Below, piece after piece: positions 23,930-37,128 of a stretch of 64,000 bases of DNA. The notes beneath the pieces were generated by a model that ran no database searches, was not told the origin of the DNA, and saw nothing but the letters and a program-made list of their open reading frames with translations. The DNA is taken from the NCBI RefSeq assembly GCF_006345805.1, contig NC_043009.1, positions 36,208,001-36,272,000 on the forward strand, given 5' to 3'. Numbering within the stretch: position 1 is the stretch's first letter; each line of letters starts with the position of its first letter. Source of the DNA: Octopus sinensis (Eukaryota). The translations under genes and the position numbers were made by a program.

Positions 23930-24212
23930 AGCCGTCCCCAGTTTTGGGGATTTTTAATACTTGATGATATTTGCCATAACTTTACATATTTGATCATGAA
24001 CAGTTCATGTTGATTCGTTAGTTACTGCACGCATTTTTTTCTCTCCTTCTTTCTGTGTTTTTTTTCTCTCTGTGTATCTTTCTGTTGAAGAGCGTAGGCT
24101 CGAAACGTTAAAGACTTGTTTTATTTATATTTCCTGAGCGCCATACTAATACAATTGTTCGTTTGTTTTCCACCTGCCTTCGTCTTTTGTCTATTTTCAT
24201 AAAGCTTCCCGT
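23930..24212 (+). mobile_element. Penelope-like pseudo-LTR module with a degenerate HHR (24077-24114)
   Basis: TCTTT-CTGTTGA-a GAGC gtag GCTC-GAAA-CG-TT-AAAGA, followed by TTCCTGAGCG, which is shared with 44815-45002. The module ends in (AT)n. Confidence 0.65.
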
Positions 24213-24251
24213 TATATATATATATATACATACATACATGCATACATACAT

Positions 24252-24292
<41 letters not shown>

Positions 24293-24293
24293 A

Positions 24294-24324
<31 letters not shown>

Positions 24325-24327
24325 ATG

Positions 24328-24362
<35 letters not shown>

Positions 24363-24567
24363 GAATAGATAGATAGATAGAAAGATAGATAGATGTACAT
24401 AAATACATACATATATACGTGTATATAAACATATATATACCTATCTGATCATATATATACAAATATATAAACATATATACCTATACAATCATATACACCG
24501 ACAATATATAAGCACATATGTATGCATACATACACGAATACATATTAATACGCACACATACACACAT

Positions 24568-24604
<37 letters not shown>

Positions 24605-24979
24605 CATACATACATACATACATACATACATACATACATACATACATACATACATACATGTGTACACAATAGCAACCACACCAACTGCCAAAGAAACGAC
24701 AATTTCAAGGAAAAATAAAGAAATATTCAGAAACCGTGTTATGTGTTGTAGTAGTAGTAGTTGCAGTAGTTGTAGTAGTAGTAGCAGTAGTAGTTGATAT
24801 ACGGAATCATATATCTGGCTTTTGTCTTCACTTGTTCCATAGAACTGGCGACATTTCGTAGCAGAATTGAGTCAATCCCTGACTTTGTGTCCACACTGTT
24901 TTTCAATCACTCCAGCTTTCCGACCGACCGACCAACCAGCCGACCATCTCACACAAACTGAAGCAACATTATAACAGTA

Positions 24980-25150
<171 letters not shown>

Positions 25151-25576
25151 CAGAGGCGGTGGCGACGGCGGTGGTACAACTATTGGATGGAGAAATAGTT
25201 GTGTGAAACGATAAAGAAGAATCTCGTCTGAAAGGATGATGGTGGGAGGTGATTAGTGAGGAAGCTGGTAGCGAACTGCTGTGGGTGTGGTCTCTGAGTT
25301 GCAATAGCGGGGGATGCGGAGAGGGGGTCGTCTTGTGTGTCTGCTGAATTTGAAGTCCTAAAAATCACAGTAAAATTTTGGTTCTTTATTTTGATTTCTG
25401 ATTTTGTTAATCTTTGTTTTGTTTACGTTTGAGAATTACGACTGCGGTCATTCTGGGACATTGCATCTAGTTTGATAATCCGGATACAATCTCACTCAGC
25501 ATAGCCGTAGTAAATAATTATATGCGATTACAGAAACACACACAACACACATCTACATACATATAATACATATTAT

Positions 25577-25642
<66 letters not shown>

Positions 25643-25841
25643 GTTTATTTGTAGCGTCTGTCTGGATGTTTTATTGTCCCTTTTTATCACTTACTTGTCC
25701 GGATGTTTTGCGTTCTTGTCCATTTTGTATTTGATATATATACATATATATATATATATTATATATAATATATATTATATATATATATGTATATATATAT
25801 GTATATGTATATATACATATATGTAATATACATATATATAC

Positions 25842-25930
<89 letters not shown>

Positions 25931-25934
25931 ACAC

Positions 25935-27224
25935 TATACTGAGTATCCCATAAACAATGTGGGTTTTTAAACTTATTTTACAAAATTAAGATAAACAATG
26001 TTTGTTTTTGTTTTTTTATCTAAAATATATTCTCCTTCATTTTCTACAACGCGCTTCCATCTCTCTGGTAGACCTCCAAGGCTCCTCTTCCAAGATTCAC
26101 TTGTCTGTGACAAAAAATACTCTCCCCCCACTCCGTACTGTTCTGACCTCGTCTACAGAATTCATATTTTTTCCATTCAGAAGATTTTTAAGGCTGCGGA
26201 ATAATCAGATGAGGCAATGTCCGGCGAATATGGTAGGTAGAGCATCGTTTCCCATTCAAACTATTCCAGCCTTTGGAATGTCATCCTCGCTGTATGTAGC
26301 CGAGCATTATCCTGATGGAAGAACACCTTTCGTCTTGAAACCAAAGATCGTCGTTTTTCTTCTACCACTGACTTATACTGCTAAAGCTGCTCGCAGTAGA
26401 TCTCCTTTGTTATCGTTTGGTTTGGGTTTAAAAATTCAAAGTGGACTAAACCTTTCATATCCCACCAAATAGATAACACCTTACATGGGTGAAGACCTTC
26501 TTTAACCTGGGGCGCCGGCGTTTCTCCTATCTCTACGCACCGTCTTCGGCGCTAGACATTCTTATAGAGAATTCATTTCTCGTCACCAGTCAGTATTCGG
26601 TCCAAAAAATGGTTCATTCGTGAGACGTGACCGCAAAAAAGAGTAGACATTCACTCGCTGCGCACGATTAGACTCGAAAAGTTTGTGAGGAACTCATTAA
26701 CCTAATTCGCTGACTTTTCTGATGGCACGTAGGTGTCGATGAATGACTGAATGACCAAATCCAAACTTCCCTGCTAGTTCCTCAAGAGTTACGATGGGAT
26801 TTTGTTCCATCAGAGTTTGCAGGACGTCCTCGTCTAGCTCCAAAGATCTCTCAGGGCGAGGATCGTCTTCTAGGTTGTAGTTTCCGGCTTGGAATTTCTG
26901 AAACCACTGTTGACACTGGCTTAGGCTTATTGTCCGATCCCCAAATACTACATTAATATTCGTCACACTTTCCAATGCGTTGTTGCCTTTATTGAACTCA
27001 TAAAGCAAAATATGCCGAATGTGCTCCTTTGTCACTTCCATTATAGCTTATAGCTTTGAAACAATAACTTAAAATTAAACTGCACTTTTCAAAACTTGCT
27101 CTAAAAATAGTTGCAAAGTAAAATTACTACCTTCTTTTATAGCAAGTTTATGCAGGTACTTTATCCTGTCCCCATCCGACTTTTAGTTCATGCAATTGAA
27201 AAAACTGCATATTTATGGAATTAC

Positions 27225-27230
<6 letters not shown>
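25935..27230 (-). pseudogene. Near-full-length (~1.3 kb) mariner element with an inactivated DD34D-type transposase
   Basis: ORF 26697-27041 encodes the HTH (MEVTKEHIRHILLYEF...WFQKFQAG). Downstream manual translation gives FLDRILTGDEK*, FHQDNARLHT and YSPDIASSDY with stops. A TIR TATTAGGTAATTCCATAAAT sits at the right end and a degenerate match near 25937. Confidence 0.9.
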
Positions 27231-27298
<68 letters not shown>

Positions 27299-27440
27299 AT
27301 ATATGTATGTATGTATATATATATATGTAAATAATATATATATATGTAAATATATATATATATAGATATATTATATATATATATATATATATATAATATG
27401 TAAATATATATGTAAATATATATAATATATTATATATATA

Positions 27441-27512
<72 letters not shown>

Positions 27513-27516
<4 letters not shown>

Positions 27517-28396
27517 GGGGTACCGAAAACTAACCGGAGACGTTCTCTGCTGGACAAACCCCTTGTAGTTCAGGCTTCCGCCGATAGAAGCCACTTGATG
27601 CGACCCTCAGGCATCAGTCTGTCGCCCGGTTGCTTCAGGTGATGTCGTACTGTCACGTGGTGCATCTTTCTTTTGCAGTGCTTCTTCCCTGTTCGTCGAT
27701 TTTTGCGATAGCTGAAACGAAGGGACAGCGTGCTTCCGAGAAATTCTGTTTACTATTGGGGGAAACGGCGACCGAATCAGTTGTCATACTTCAAACAGCT
27801 TACAAGGATGCTACCATGAGCAAAACAAGAGTTTACGAATGGTTTCTACGCTTTTGGAATGGTCACTTGTCGCTTGAAAACCGAGCTCGTTCAGGACGAC
27901 TGTCGAACATCCGCACGAATGAAAACATCATAAAAATTCATGAACTGATCTTGGAAGACCGTCACTGAACAATTGACGAACTTGTTGATATGACTGATGT
28001 GTCCTGGAGCTCCTGTCAACGAATTGCAAATGAAAAGAGTTGCAGCAAAATTCGTGCTTCGCTTGCTCACGGAAGATCAAAATAAGTCACGATTGAATGC
28101 GTGTTGTGAACTAAAAGAACAGTTGAAAGTTGATCCTGAACTTTATTCGAAGGTCATCATTGGTGGTGAAAGCTGACGCTACGGAATTTGCAGATGTGGA
28201 AGAGGTGAAGAAAAAAACAATGGAAATAATAGGCATCACATTGCAAGAGTTCCAGCACTGCTCCAAACAGTGGAAAACGCGTCTGGAGCGTTGCTTCATA
28301 TGGAGAATACTTTGAAGGCTATAAAAGTGTAAATACGTAAAACTAAGTGAATAAAATAATATTACAAAAATCCGGTTTCTTTTAGGTACGCCCTCG
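27513..28396 (+). pseudogene. Mariner element with internal deletion of most of the catalytic domain
   Basis: TIRs (T)GAGGGGGTACC...GGTACGCCCTCG. Translation gives QRASEKFCLLLG...MSKTRVYEWF...RSGR, MKRVAAKFV, SKVIIGGES, then the C-terminal KQWKTRLERC. Confidence 0.9.
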
Positions 28397-28426
28397 TGTA
28401 CATACAATATATACAGTGTGTGTGTG

Positions 28427-28459
<33 letters not shown>

Positions 28460-28793
28460 CATAATACATGTGTGGTATATAGTGTATAATATATAAATGA
28501 TAATTTTGTATTTGGGAATACATCTTGTAGTATGCCGTTTACAGCCTGTTCACAGTACTCGGCTATCTGATGTCATCAACACTATGTAGGTATATGCCAC
28601 CGGACTTACTTCAGGAATTCTTTCGTGTCCATAGAGTTTATAAGATAGATGAAAGAAGAAAAACAGAATTCTCGAAATTCTTTATTATCACTATACATAT
28701 ACTATTACAATATATATATAGTATAATAGTGTGTGTGTATGTATGTATGCATATATATATATATGTCTATATATATGTATATATATATGTATG

Positions 28794-28837
<44 letters not shown>

Positions 28838-28960
28838 TATATATATATAATATATATATATTTATATATTTATTTATATAAGCAAAATTCTTAGTTGTAA
28901 AATCTCGAGAAGAGATCAGAGTAGTAACTATACTAACAAGTAAAGTTAATCGCCACAGCA

Positions 28961-29052
28961 ACTGAATGAATAAAGCGTTTGTAGAAGGTATAGGTACCAC
29001 AACTATTAATAGTGGCACCCATACCTCCTACAAAACACTTTATTCATTCAGT
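28961..29052. repeat. 40-bp-arm imperfect inverted repeat
   Basis: ACTGAATGAATAAAGCGTTTGTAGAAGGTATAGGTACCAC and GTGGCACCCATACCTCCTACAAAACACTTTATTCATTCAGT, with an 11-nt loop. Confidence 0.85.
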
Positions 29053-29094
29053 ATGTTGATTCTTTCAGTTTTACTTCGAAACAGCAGAGGGTAA

Positions 29095-29180
29095 GGACCT
29101 TGATGAAACTGTACCGACCATGGTACTAGGTTGCATATCCAACAGTGTACAGTCACTGCAGTTGAAACACGTGTAGGTCC
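29095..29180 (+). ncRNA. Hammerhead motif with enlarged branched stem II (C3U variant)
   Basis: GGACC-TTGATGA-AACTGTA..[43 nt]..TGCAGTT-GAAA-CACGTG-TA-GGTCC. Confidence 0.65.
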
Positions 29181-29473
29181 CGCAAAGTTGTTGTAAATAA
29201 ATGCTAAATAAAATTATGGACGTGAAAAATCTCCCTTCTCCTTATCATTAATACTTTTATTTACTCTATGGAAAATATGCAGTCCTGAACAGAACATTCG
29301 AATTTGCCCAGCGAGAAAAGTTACCAGCAACTTATTGTTAGCTTGGAGACCATAAACGACTGTTGTGGTTAACCAGCATCTGAAACCGACTTAAGAGGAA
29401 ACACGGTGACGCCAGGATATATCCCTCTATATATCCACTTTTGGATATATATATATATATAATATATATATAT

Positions 29474-29855
29474 GGTTTCTGTATCGATCTTGTCCTTCCA
29501 AAAACACAAGTCTAGTTTTTATTATCAGATTGTAATCTGAGCAAGAGTAAAAGATTTGAAAGTTGTGTTAATAAGCGAAAAGAGATTTGAAAATGATACA
29601 ATAAAGAACTGAAGACCAATCACTGTCTTCTGACATCGACTATTGACAAGAAGCAACAAGTGTCAGAGGAGAAACAGATACATTGATACAAACACAGAGA
29701 AACCAGTGCGGTGGAGTTAACCAGTGCCATCTACCAGTGTTCAACGAGAAGAAAACCTCCAAGAGACAGTGAAACAAAAACTGGAACAGCGAGCTGATTA
29801 TGAAGAAGCAGTCATGATACAAGCTCAAATCGAAAATATAGAACTGATTTAAGAC
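29474..29855 (+). mobile_element. Interspersed repeat, probable LINE endonuclease-end/linker fragment; inverted copy at 48045-48479
   Basis: Near-identical antisense ORFs 29640-29828 and 48070-48258. Decayed translation SKRFESCV...KTNHCLLTSTI resembles the SDH motif at the end of an APE domain. Confidence 0.5.
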
Positions 29856-30665
29856 ATTAACCGAACCGAGAAGAGGCTGAAGAAAATAATGTAGATAGAC
29901 AGAATTTTTATCTCATTCATACGTTAGCAATTCATGTACAAGCCATACGGGACACAAATATAGATGATACTCGAGAAAGAGGTCTTTGCAAAATTGAAAA
30001 GAAATAGAAATTAAGGAACTTAAGAGAGGTTGTCTGTAATTGAGCATTCTGCATATTGAAAGTGACAAACTTTGGCAATGAACTTTTGAAAGATTTTGCT
30101 CTGAGCTCTGAGGAAGGCCATGAAAACACTTTTTTAATGTTGATGTTTTTGATTAAAGTAGCTCATTTATTTAAAATATATTTTAAAATCGACGGCTTAA
30201 TGACAACAGGAAGTAGGATCTATAAAGCGTCACACTGTCAATGTCATGTAGTTGTGGTCATCTTAAAACTTTCTAACAAATAAAATCTGGTAGATTATCG
30301 GTATACTTTCAATTTCATCTTCCAAAATATTCCACAAAATATATACAAAGTTCAGTTATTGCAAAACTTTTCCACTGAATAAATTTCAGCAGTTGTGCAT
30401 ATATTTTTCAATCACTCGAGTATCTAACAATAACATCTTCTGTTCTTTAGAGGAGAAATTGTGAAGTTTGAAATTTTACACAGTTGTCATCACCTTCGGT
30501 TTTATTTAGTTTTATTTAAAACACTCTTCCATCTTCTTTCTCTGGTGGAGTGGGGGATGGTGTAGTGAGGAAACTCACAAGAGGAAACTCACAAGAGGAA
30601 ACTCTCTTTATCTGTGTGGTGTGTATATGTGTGCATACATAGATATATGTATAAGTATGTTTGTG

Positions 30666-30716
<51 letters not shown>

Positions 30717-31204
30717 CATAGTAGTATGTATGTATGTATGTATGTATGAAAACAGAAGATTGGAAAGCTTTGGTATTATTCCCTGTGACATATGCTCCGT
30801 TTCCTAACAGGAGTTGCAGAAATAATGAAATATATGTAACAGGCAATAAATATTGCCAAATTTTTTATATGTAATTACACTGCAAAAAGTATTTTTCAGT
30901 TTTTTCAACTCTCATATAAAAATAAGACATCTACAAATATACTTTGGAGTACTGGAATATGCAGATGTCCTTCATGAGGACACAGATTACAACCTTATCT
31001 ACATGCTGTATGTGTATGTGTGCGTGCGCGCGTGTGTGTGTGTGTTATATTTTGATTGGTATCTAAGTTCTTCTTTGGGGAGTTCAACCCAGTCGATAAC
31101 AAAGCGATAAGTCTTTTTGAGTTAAGAGATCTCCGGGTATTTGTAAATATGTGGTTGAGTTGATGTTGGTTGAGCTGTCAATGCATACACCCACATTTGT
31201 ATGT

Positions 31205-31325
31205 ATGTATGTATACGACGGACTTCTTTCGGTTTCCGTCTACCAAATCCACTCGTAAGGCTTTTGTTGGCCTGAGTCTATAGTAGAAGACACTTGGCGA
31301 AGGTGCCACACAGTAAAAAGATTTT
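31205..31325 (-). mobile_element. SINE family A fragment
   Basis: ACGACGGACTTCTTTCGGTTTCCGTCTACCAAATCCAC. Confidence 0.75.
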
Positions 31326-31424
31326 TTAAAAAGACATATATACATACAGCATGCAAGCATGCATACATGTATACATACATTCATACATAAGTACATCCAC
31401 ATAGACATACATACATGCAAAAAG

Positions 31425-32262
31425 GTGGTACTCCTAGTTGTCTACGTTGAACAAAACAATATCCTATAATATTTTTGCAGTGCCATTGCTAGATCAACCA
31501 CTTTGAATATTGCAATATTAGACTTGACACTTGATGAGATTTGTAGCCTGGACATCGCGTCTAGAGGTACTAAACACCACTTGCAACTTTCACTTTAACA
31601 GCGATACCGATAGGATCTGTGTGGTGAGATGAAGATATGTTGGCAGAAACATAAGATCGGTCCGAACAGCCTTCAAACGTTGCATTTTATCACTCAGACG
31701 ACACCTGCTGAACAGTAAAGAAAGAACCAAGTACATTACATGCGTACTCAAAAGTGAGAGCAACAACTTCTTCAGAGTAGGGGAAAGACTCCTGTGCGGG
31801 TACTTTTTAGTGTACAATTGTGTGATGCGACCCAGAAAAGGCTGGAATGACTCATGTAAAAAGAAGCTTGGAGAAACACCTGGCATACCTGAAGAAAGCA
31901 AGCTAGAGAATAACAGTAGCATTGACAGGTAGAAGTACATACCTTTGCTATCTATAGAAGACAAGCTACAAAATACCTAATGAACAAGAGAGATAAAGAT
32001 ACCACCAAAAATTCCCGTTGTGAAAGAAAATGTCGTTTGCTATACTAGTGTGGAAGGTGTCACCCACATCAGTAGCAGCTGCCCCAAAATTTCAACAAGA
32101 TATTATTTATTGTTCGAGACACAACATAGTCGAAAATAACTATTTACTCAATACTATCCGCAGGAAAGATTGTCCAGCTGGATACATCAAAGGCACGGCA
32201 CTACTAGAATGTATTTACCCCTTTAAAAACAAAGAATTATTGTTGGAATATTCTAATGACTG
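31425..32262 (+). pseudogene. R4/Dong-like (restriction-like endonuclease) non-LTR retrotransposon remnant
   Basis: Decayed frames FAVP..., LDEICSLDI, HFNSDTDRICVVR*RYVGRNIRSVRTAF (cf. SDVDRLY.PR..GGRGL), and a zinc-knuckle-like KCRL/CYTSVEGVTHISSSCPKISTRYYL..RHN. Confidence 0.7.
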
Positions 32263-32291
32263 AATATTGATTGAAATATTCCAATGGTGAA

Positions 32292-32622
32292 GGCGCATGG
32301 CTCAGTGGTTAGAGCGTCGAGCTTACGATCGTGAGGATGTGAGTTCGAATCCCGGACCAGGCTGCGTGTTGTATTCTTGAGCAAGACACTTTATTTCACG
32401 TTGCTCCAGTTCACTCAGCTGAAGGAATGAGTTGTGACGTCACAAGTGCCAAGCTGTATCGGCCTTTGCCTTTCCCTTGGATAACATCAGTGGCACAGAG
32501 AGGAGAGGCTGGTATGCATGGGCGACGGCTGGTCTTCCATAAACAACCTTGCCCGGACTTGTGCCTGGGAGGGTAAGTTTCTAGGTGCAATCTCATGGTC
32601 AGTCATGACCGAAGGGGGTCTC
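32292..32622 (+). mobile_element. tRNA-derived SINE family D
   Basis: GGCGCATGGCTCAGTGGTTAGAGCG (A box) ... GAGTTCGAATCCC (B box), followed by TTGAGCAAGACACT and a ~250-bp body. Confidence 0.85.
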
Positions 32623-33110
32623 AGCAATTCCAATGACAGCAGCAACCTGGTGCAAACACAATCGATCAGATATTGGTCTGTGGAACGGAGAACAGAAGTC
32701 ATACACAGCTGCAAAGGTCAGCTACTCAATGGATGTGAAAGTTCAAAAGAAAGAAAGCATTTATGGCGAACCCGTCGTCGTCGTCGTCGGCTTTATCTCG
32801 TATCCGACAATTAAGTTTCTTCTTTGCTGAACGCTTCCTTTATGGTGATGACGTTGATGACTCTGTAAACAGATTCTAGCATAAGAAGAGTCGATGGTAT
32901 TGACTGCAGGACAATGTTGGTGGAGGACGAGGTGGATTTAGTTGAGCCTTCCTCTCCTGTTGTTTGATTTCTTCATTTTCTCTTCTGGTGGCTTCGAAGT
33001 TTTTGGTTCCGATGGTGATGGAACACCGCCACTTGGTACGGTCTCAGGATAGTGTTTCAAATGATTTAGGCTCAATTCCAATGGCTTTCAATATTGCTTT
33101 GAATTAGTCC

Positions 33111-33260
33111 TTGTATCTTCGAAGAAAGCATTACAATATATCTGGACGTGTGTTCCACCAAAGCATGCTATCAGAAGAATTTCCAATCACAAACGAACTA
33201 CAACAAAGGTGCATCTTGGAACCTACGCTATTCTCCTTGTATGGTGAACTAAAAGGAAAA
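33111..33260 (+). pseudogene. RTE-like reverse transcriptase fragment
   Basis: SEEFPITNELQQRCILEPTLFSLY, compared with the RTE motif SEAFPITNGVKQGCILAPTLF. Confidence 0.65.
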
Positions 33261-33420
33261 TTAAAGCTCTATCACCTTGGCTATGAAATTTCATATGTAC
33301 CTATCACTATAGGTAACACCTCAGATTTACATACAAAAAACTTGAAATGCAGGGATTTTCTAAGAAAACACAAAAGAAACTGACGTGCATCCTTCAAATC
33401 TAATCTATTAGCAGTATTAC

Positions 33421-33817
33421 TCTTTTACTTCTTTTAGTCATTTGACTGTGGCCATGCTAGAGCACCGCCTTCAGTCGAGCAAATCGATCCCAAGACTTAT
33501 TCTTTGTAAGCCTAATACTTATTCTATCGGTTTCTTTTGCCGAACTGCTAAGTTGCGGAGACGTAAACACACCAGCATCGGTTGTCAAGCGATGTTGGGG
33601 GGGTGGCAAATACAGGCACACAAACATATACACAAACGTACATATATACATACATATATACGACGGGATTCTTTCAGTTTCCGTCTACCAAATACACTCA
33701 CAAGGCTTTGGTCGGCCCGAGGCTATAGTAGAAGACACCTGCGCAAGGTGCCACGCAGTGGGACTGAACTCGGAAACGTGTGGTTGGTAAGCAAGCTACT
33801 TACCACACAGCCACTCC
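33421..33817 (-). mobile_element. SINE family A, full length
   Basis: Reverse complement of 3734-4151. Confidence 0.9.
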
Positions 33818-34252
33818 AAGGCCTATCGCTTTGTAAAAATATGTCATTCCAAAGGATCACTATCTGAGATTCTTTAAGTGAATATATGCACATACTTGGC
33901 TGCGTGCATCTCCAAGGAGACCTACGTAGAAAGTAATGATGCATGCACACATGTAAACAAACACATATGCACAAGCGCGCACACAAGCACTAAGCTATTA
34001 AACCTAAGAACACAGTGTATTAGTGCAGGTGTATGCAGCGGCATACATGCACACACTAAACTCAGTTATAAAATTTACAAACCCCTGGAAAATATCGTAT
34101 TTTGTTAGGGACTGGACTGAATCTAAAGAAAAAATTTAAATAAATCCCCAAAGAAAAACATATAAATAGATATAGAAATATATATGTGCGTGTGTACATT
34201 TGTGTGTTTGTGTTCATGCGTCTGTACAGAAAGGGTTAAGTGCGAGAAGAGA

Positions 34253-34327
34253 ATGTAGTAGTAGTAGTAGTAGCAGCAGTAGCAGCAGCAGCAGCGGCAG
34301 CAACAGTAGTAGTAATAGTAGTAGTAA

Positions 34328-34366
<39 letters not shown>

Positions 34367-34439
34367 CAGCAGCAGCAGCAGCAGCAGTGATAGCAGCAGC
34401 ACCACCACCACCAACAGCAGCAGCAGCAGCACCACCACC

Positions 34440-34471
<32 letters not shown>

Positions 34472-34585
34472 CAACAACAGCAACAGCAGCAGCAGCAGTA
34501 GTAGTAGTAGTATAGTAGTAGTAGTAGTAGTGTCATCGATGATGATGATGATGATGATGATGATGCCAGTGGTAGTGATGATGGG
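34253..34585. repeat. Compound trinucleotide tract (AGT, AGC, ACC, AAC, GAT)
   Basis: Read directly. Confidence 0.95.
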
Positions 34586-34652
34586 GTGAGGACGGTTAGG
34601 TGCTGCGGCTAGTAGTGAACTGAGAAAATAACATTCACACACACACATACAC

Positions 34653-34689
<37 letters not shown>

Positions 34690-34695
34690 TACACA

Positions 34696-34726
<31 letters not shown>

Positions 34727-35206
34727 CACAAATCCAGTCATCTATACCATACATACACAACAAACAGTACGGATATAATTCACCATATCTGCTCCTGTAG
34801 GAACTAGCTTATTTGATACTTTAAAAACCACGCCTACCTTGTATGACGTCTAGGAAGCATCACCCAATGAACTCTTGGAAAACTCCCATATAGCTGGTGA
34901 AACCGCAGGTAAATATTGTTCGCAGTGATATAAGGATAAGTGGGCGGAGTGAATCGTAGGACAACCCACATTGTAAATATTCATTTCTTTTCATTTCTGT
35001 GTATATGTGTTTGTGCGTATATGAATTGTGTGTGTGTGCTTGTGTGTGCATGTGTGTGTTTGTATACATATATGTAAATATTTGTGATGCGAGTGAATGA
35101 TTTCGTTGCATTGGGTGAGACTGTATATTACGAATATGCGTGCGTATGTGAGAGTGTATTTGTGTGTGGTCGTGTGAGTGTAAGAAAACAGGAGTGAGAA
35201 AATGTT

Positions 35207-35248
<42 letters not shown>

Positions 35249-35857
35249 GTGTGTGTGTGTGTGTGCGTGCGTGCGCGCGTGCGTGTATGTATGATATCTA
35301 ATAAACATATCGCTAGAAACAGCCGTCCACATTTGGTGGGCTTTGTGATACCTGCTGGTATCATACATAACATACTTTAACCATGGGTCACGGCTTAACT
35401 AGCCACCGCTGTAATCTGACATTTATATGCCACAGAGTGCATCCTTCTGCTGTCTTCATTATTTGTAAGTGTTAAGGAGGCGAGCAAGCAGAATCGTTAG
35501 CGCGCCGGACAAAATATTCAGCGGTATTTCATCCATCTCTACGCTCTGAGTTCAAAGTCTGCTGAGGTCGATTTCGCTTTGCATCCTTTTGGGGTCGATG
35601 AAATGAGCACCAGTTTAAATATACACGCACTCATACACACTAACACACACACACATCACTATCTACCTATACAAAAAGATAGATACATACATACCTGCAT
35701 ACATGCTACGTTCACAAATGCAAAATAGAAAGTACACACACACACATACACACATACATTCATGCATGTATCTACATATCATATTTTTATTATGTGGTGA
35801 GTGTGTGTGTATGTGTGTGTGTGTGCGTCTGTGTGTGTTTTTGTGTTTTTGTGTGTT

Positions 35858-35888
<31 letters not shown>

Positions 35889-35936
35889 ATGTGTGTGTGT
35901 GTGCGTGTGTGTGTGTTTGTGTCTGTGTGTGTGTAT

Positions 35937-35987
<51 letters not shown>

Positions 35988-36316
35988 CGATCTCTTTCTC
36001 TTTTTAATTTCAGAGTAAATTTTGACCGATCACCAACTTGGTAGCAAGGTTGTGAAGAGAAGTATCTTATTTTAACCAACCTCCTTTCAATCTTAAGAAG
36101 GTCTTTACAGATTTTTATAGTCCCAAATATTGCGATCATTTGTAGAGTATGAATTAATGATTTGCGTTCTCTCCCCAAGATCCAATGTTCAGCCACATAG
36201 CTTGCTCCAGATGAGTTAGCATGTAACTTGTTGCTCCAGTAATAATGGGTATGAAACTAAAAGTGAATCTTGGGTACTGGATTTGCAAACTCGTTATCAA
36301 TGGCCCATAGATGTCT

Positions 36317-36990
36317 TCATGTATGTATGTATGTATGTATGTATGTATGTATGTATGTATGTATGTATGTATGTATGTACGTATGTATGCATGTATGCAT
36401 GTATGCGTGTATGCGTGTATGTATGTATGTATGTATGTATGTATGTATGTATGTATGTATGTATGTATGTATGTATGTATGTATGTACGTATGTATGTAT
36501 GTATGCATGTATGCATGTATGTGTGTATGCGTGTATGCGTGTATGTGTGTATGTATGTATGTATGCATGTATGTATGTATGCATGCATGCATGCATGTAT
36601 GTATGTATGTATGTTTGTATGTATGTATGTATGTCACTCATCTGTCTCGTTTTATGACTACGAAGATGACTCTTGAGTTCAGCTTTACTGAGGGAGGGTC
36701 TTGCACAGACACTGCATGTCAGCATCATAGGAAGACCCTTCCCATCTGGAAGTGTAACAGCGATGCCCTTCCTGACATCCCTCCTTACTTTCTCATGTGC
36801 AACTCGAGATTTCTTAAAACTGTCTGTCCCCTCGTGCACAATCCTTCTCCACCTGCTACGATCAATAGCTATGCCTTCCCATGTGTCAGGAGAGATGCAA
36901 GCATCTCTTAAGGAAGCCTTCAGCAAGTCCTTATACCTCTTTTTTGGTTTATGTGGAGGTCGTTCTCCTTTAGCTAACTCTCCATAAACT
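36317..36990 (-). mobile_element. RTE LINE 3' end with one C2H2 finger and a long (ACAT)n tail
   Basis: RYKDLLKASLRDACISPDTWEGIAIDRSRWRRIVHEG...CSVCARPSLSKAELKSHLRSH, running directly into (ACAT)n at 36317-36633. Confidence 0.85.
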
Positions 36991-37128
36991 ACAGCCGGCT
37001 ATTACCGGTAAAGGTTTTAGTTGCCAATTCTGTACAAGACATTGTAGAAGTATGTATGTATGTATGTATGTATGTATGTATGTATGTATGTATGTATGTA
37101 TGTATGTATGTATGTATGTATGTATGCT

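Noticed and set aside
29890-30500. Possible decayed DNA-transposase or exon
   Set aside because: It has coding-like composition, but I could not identify any diagnostic motif in any frame.
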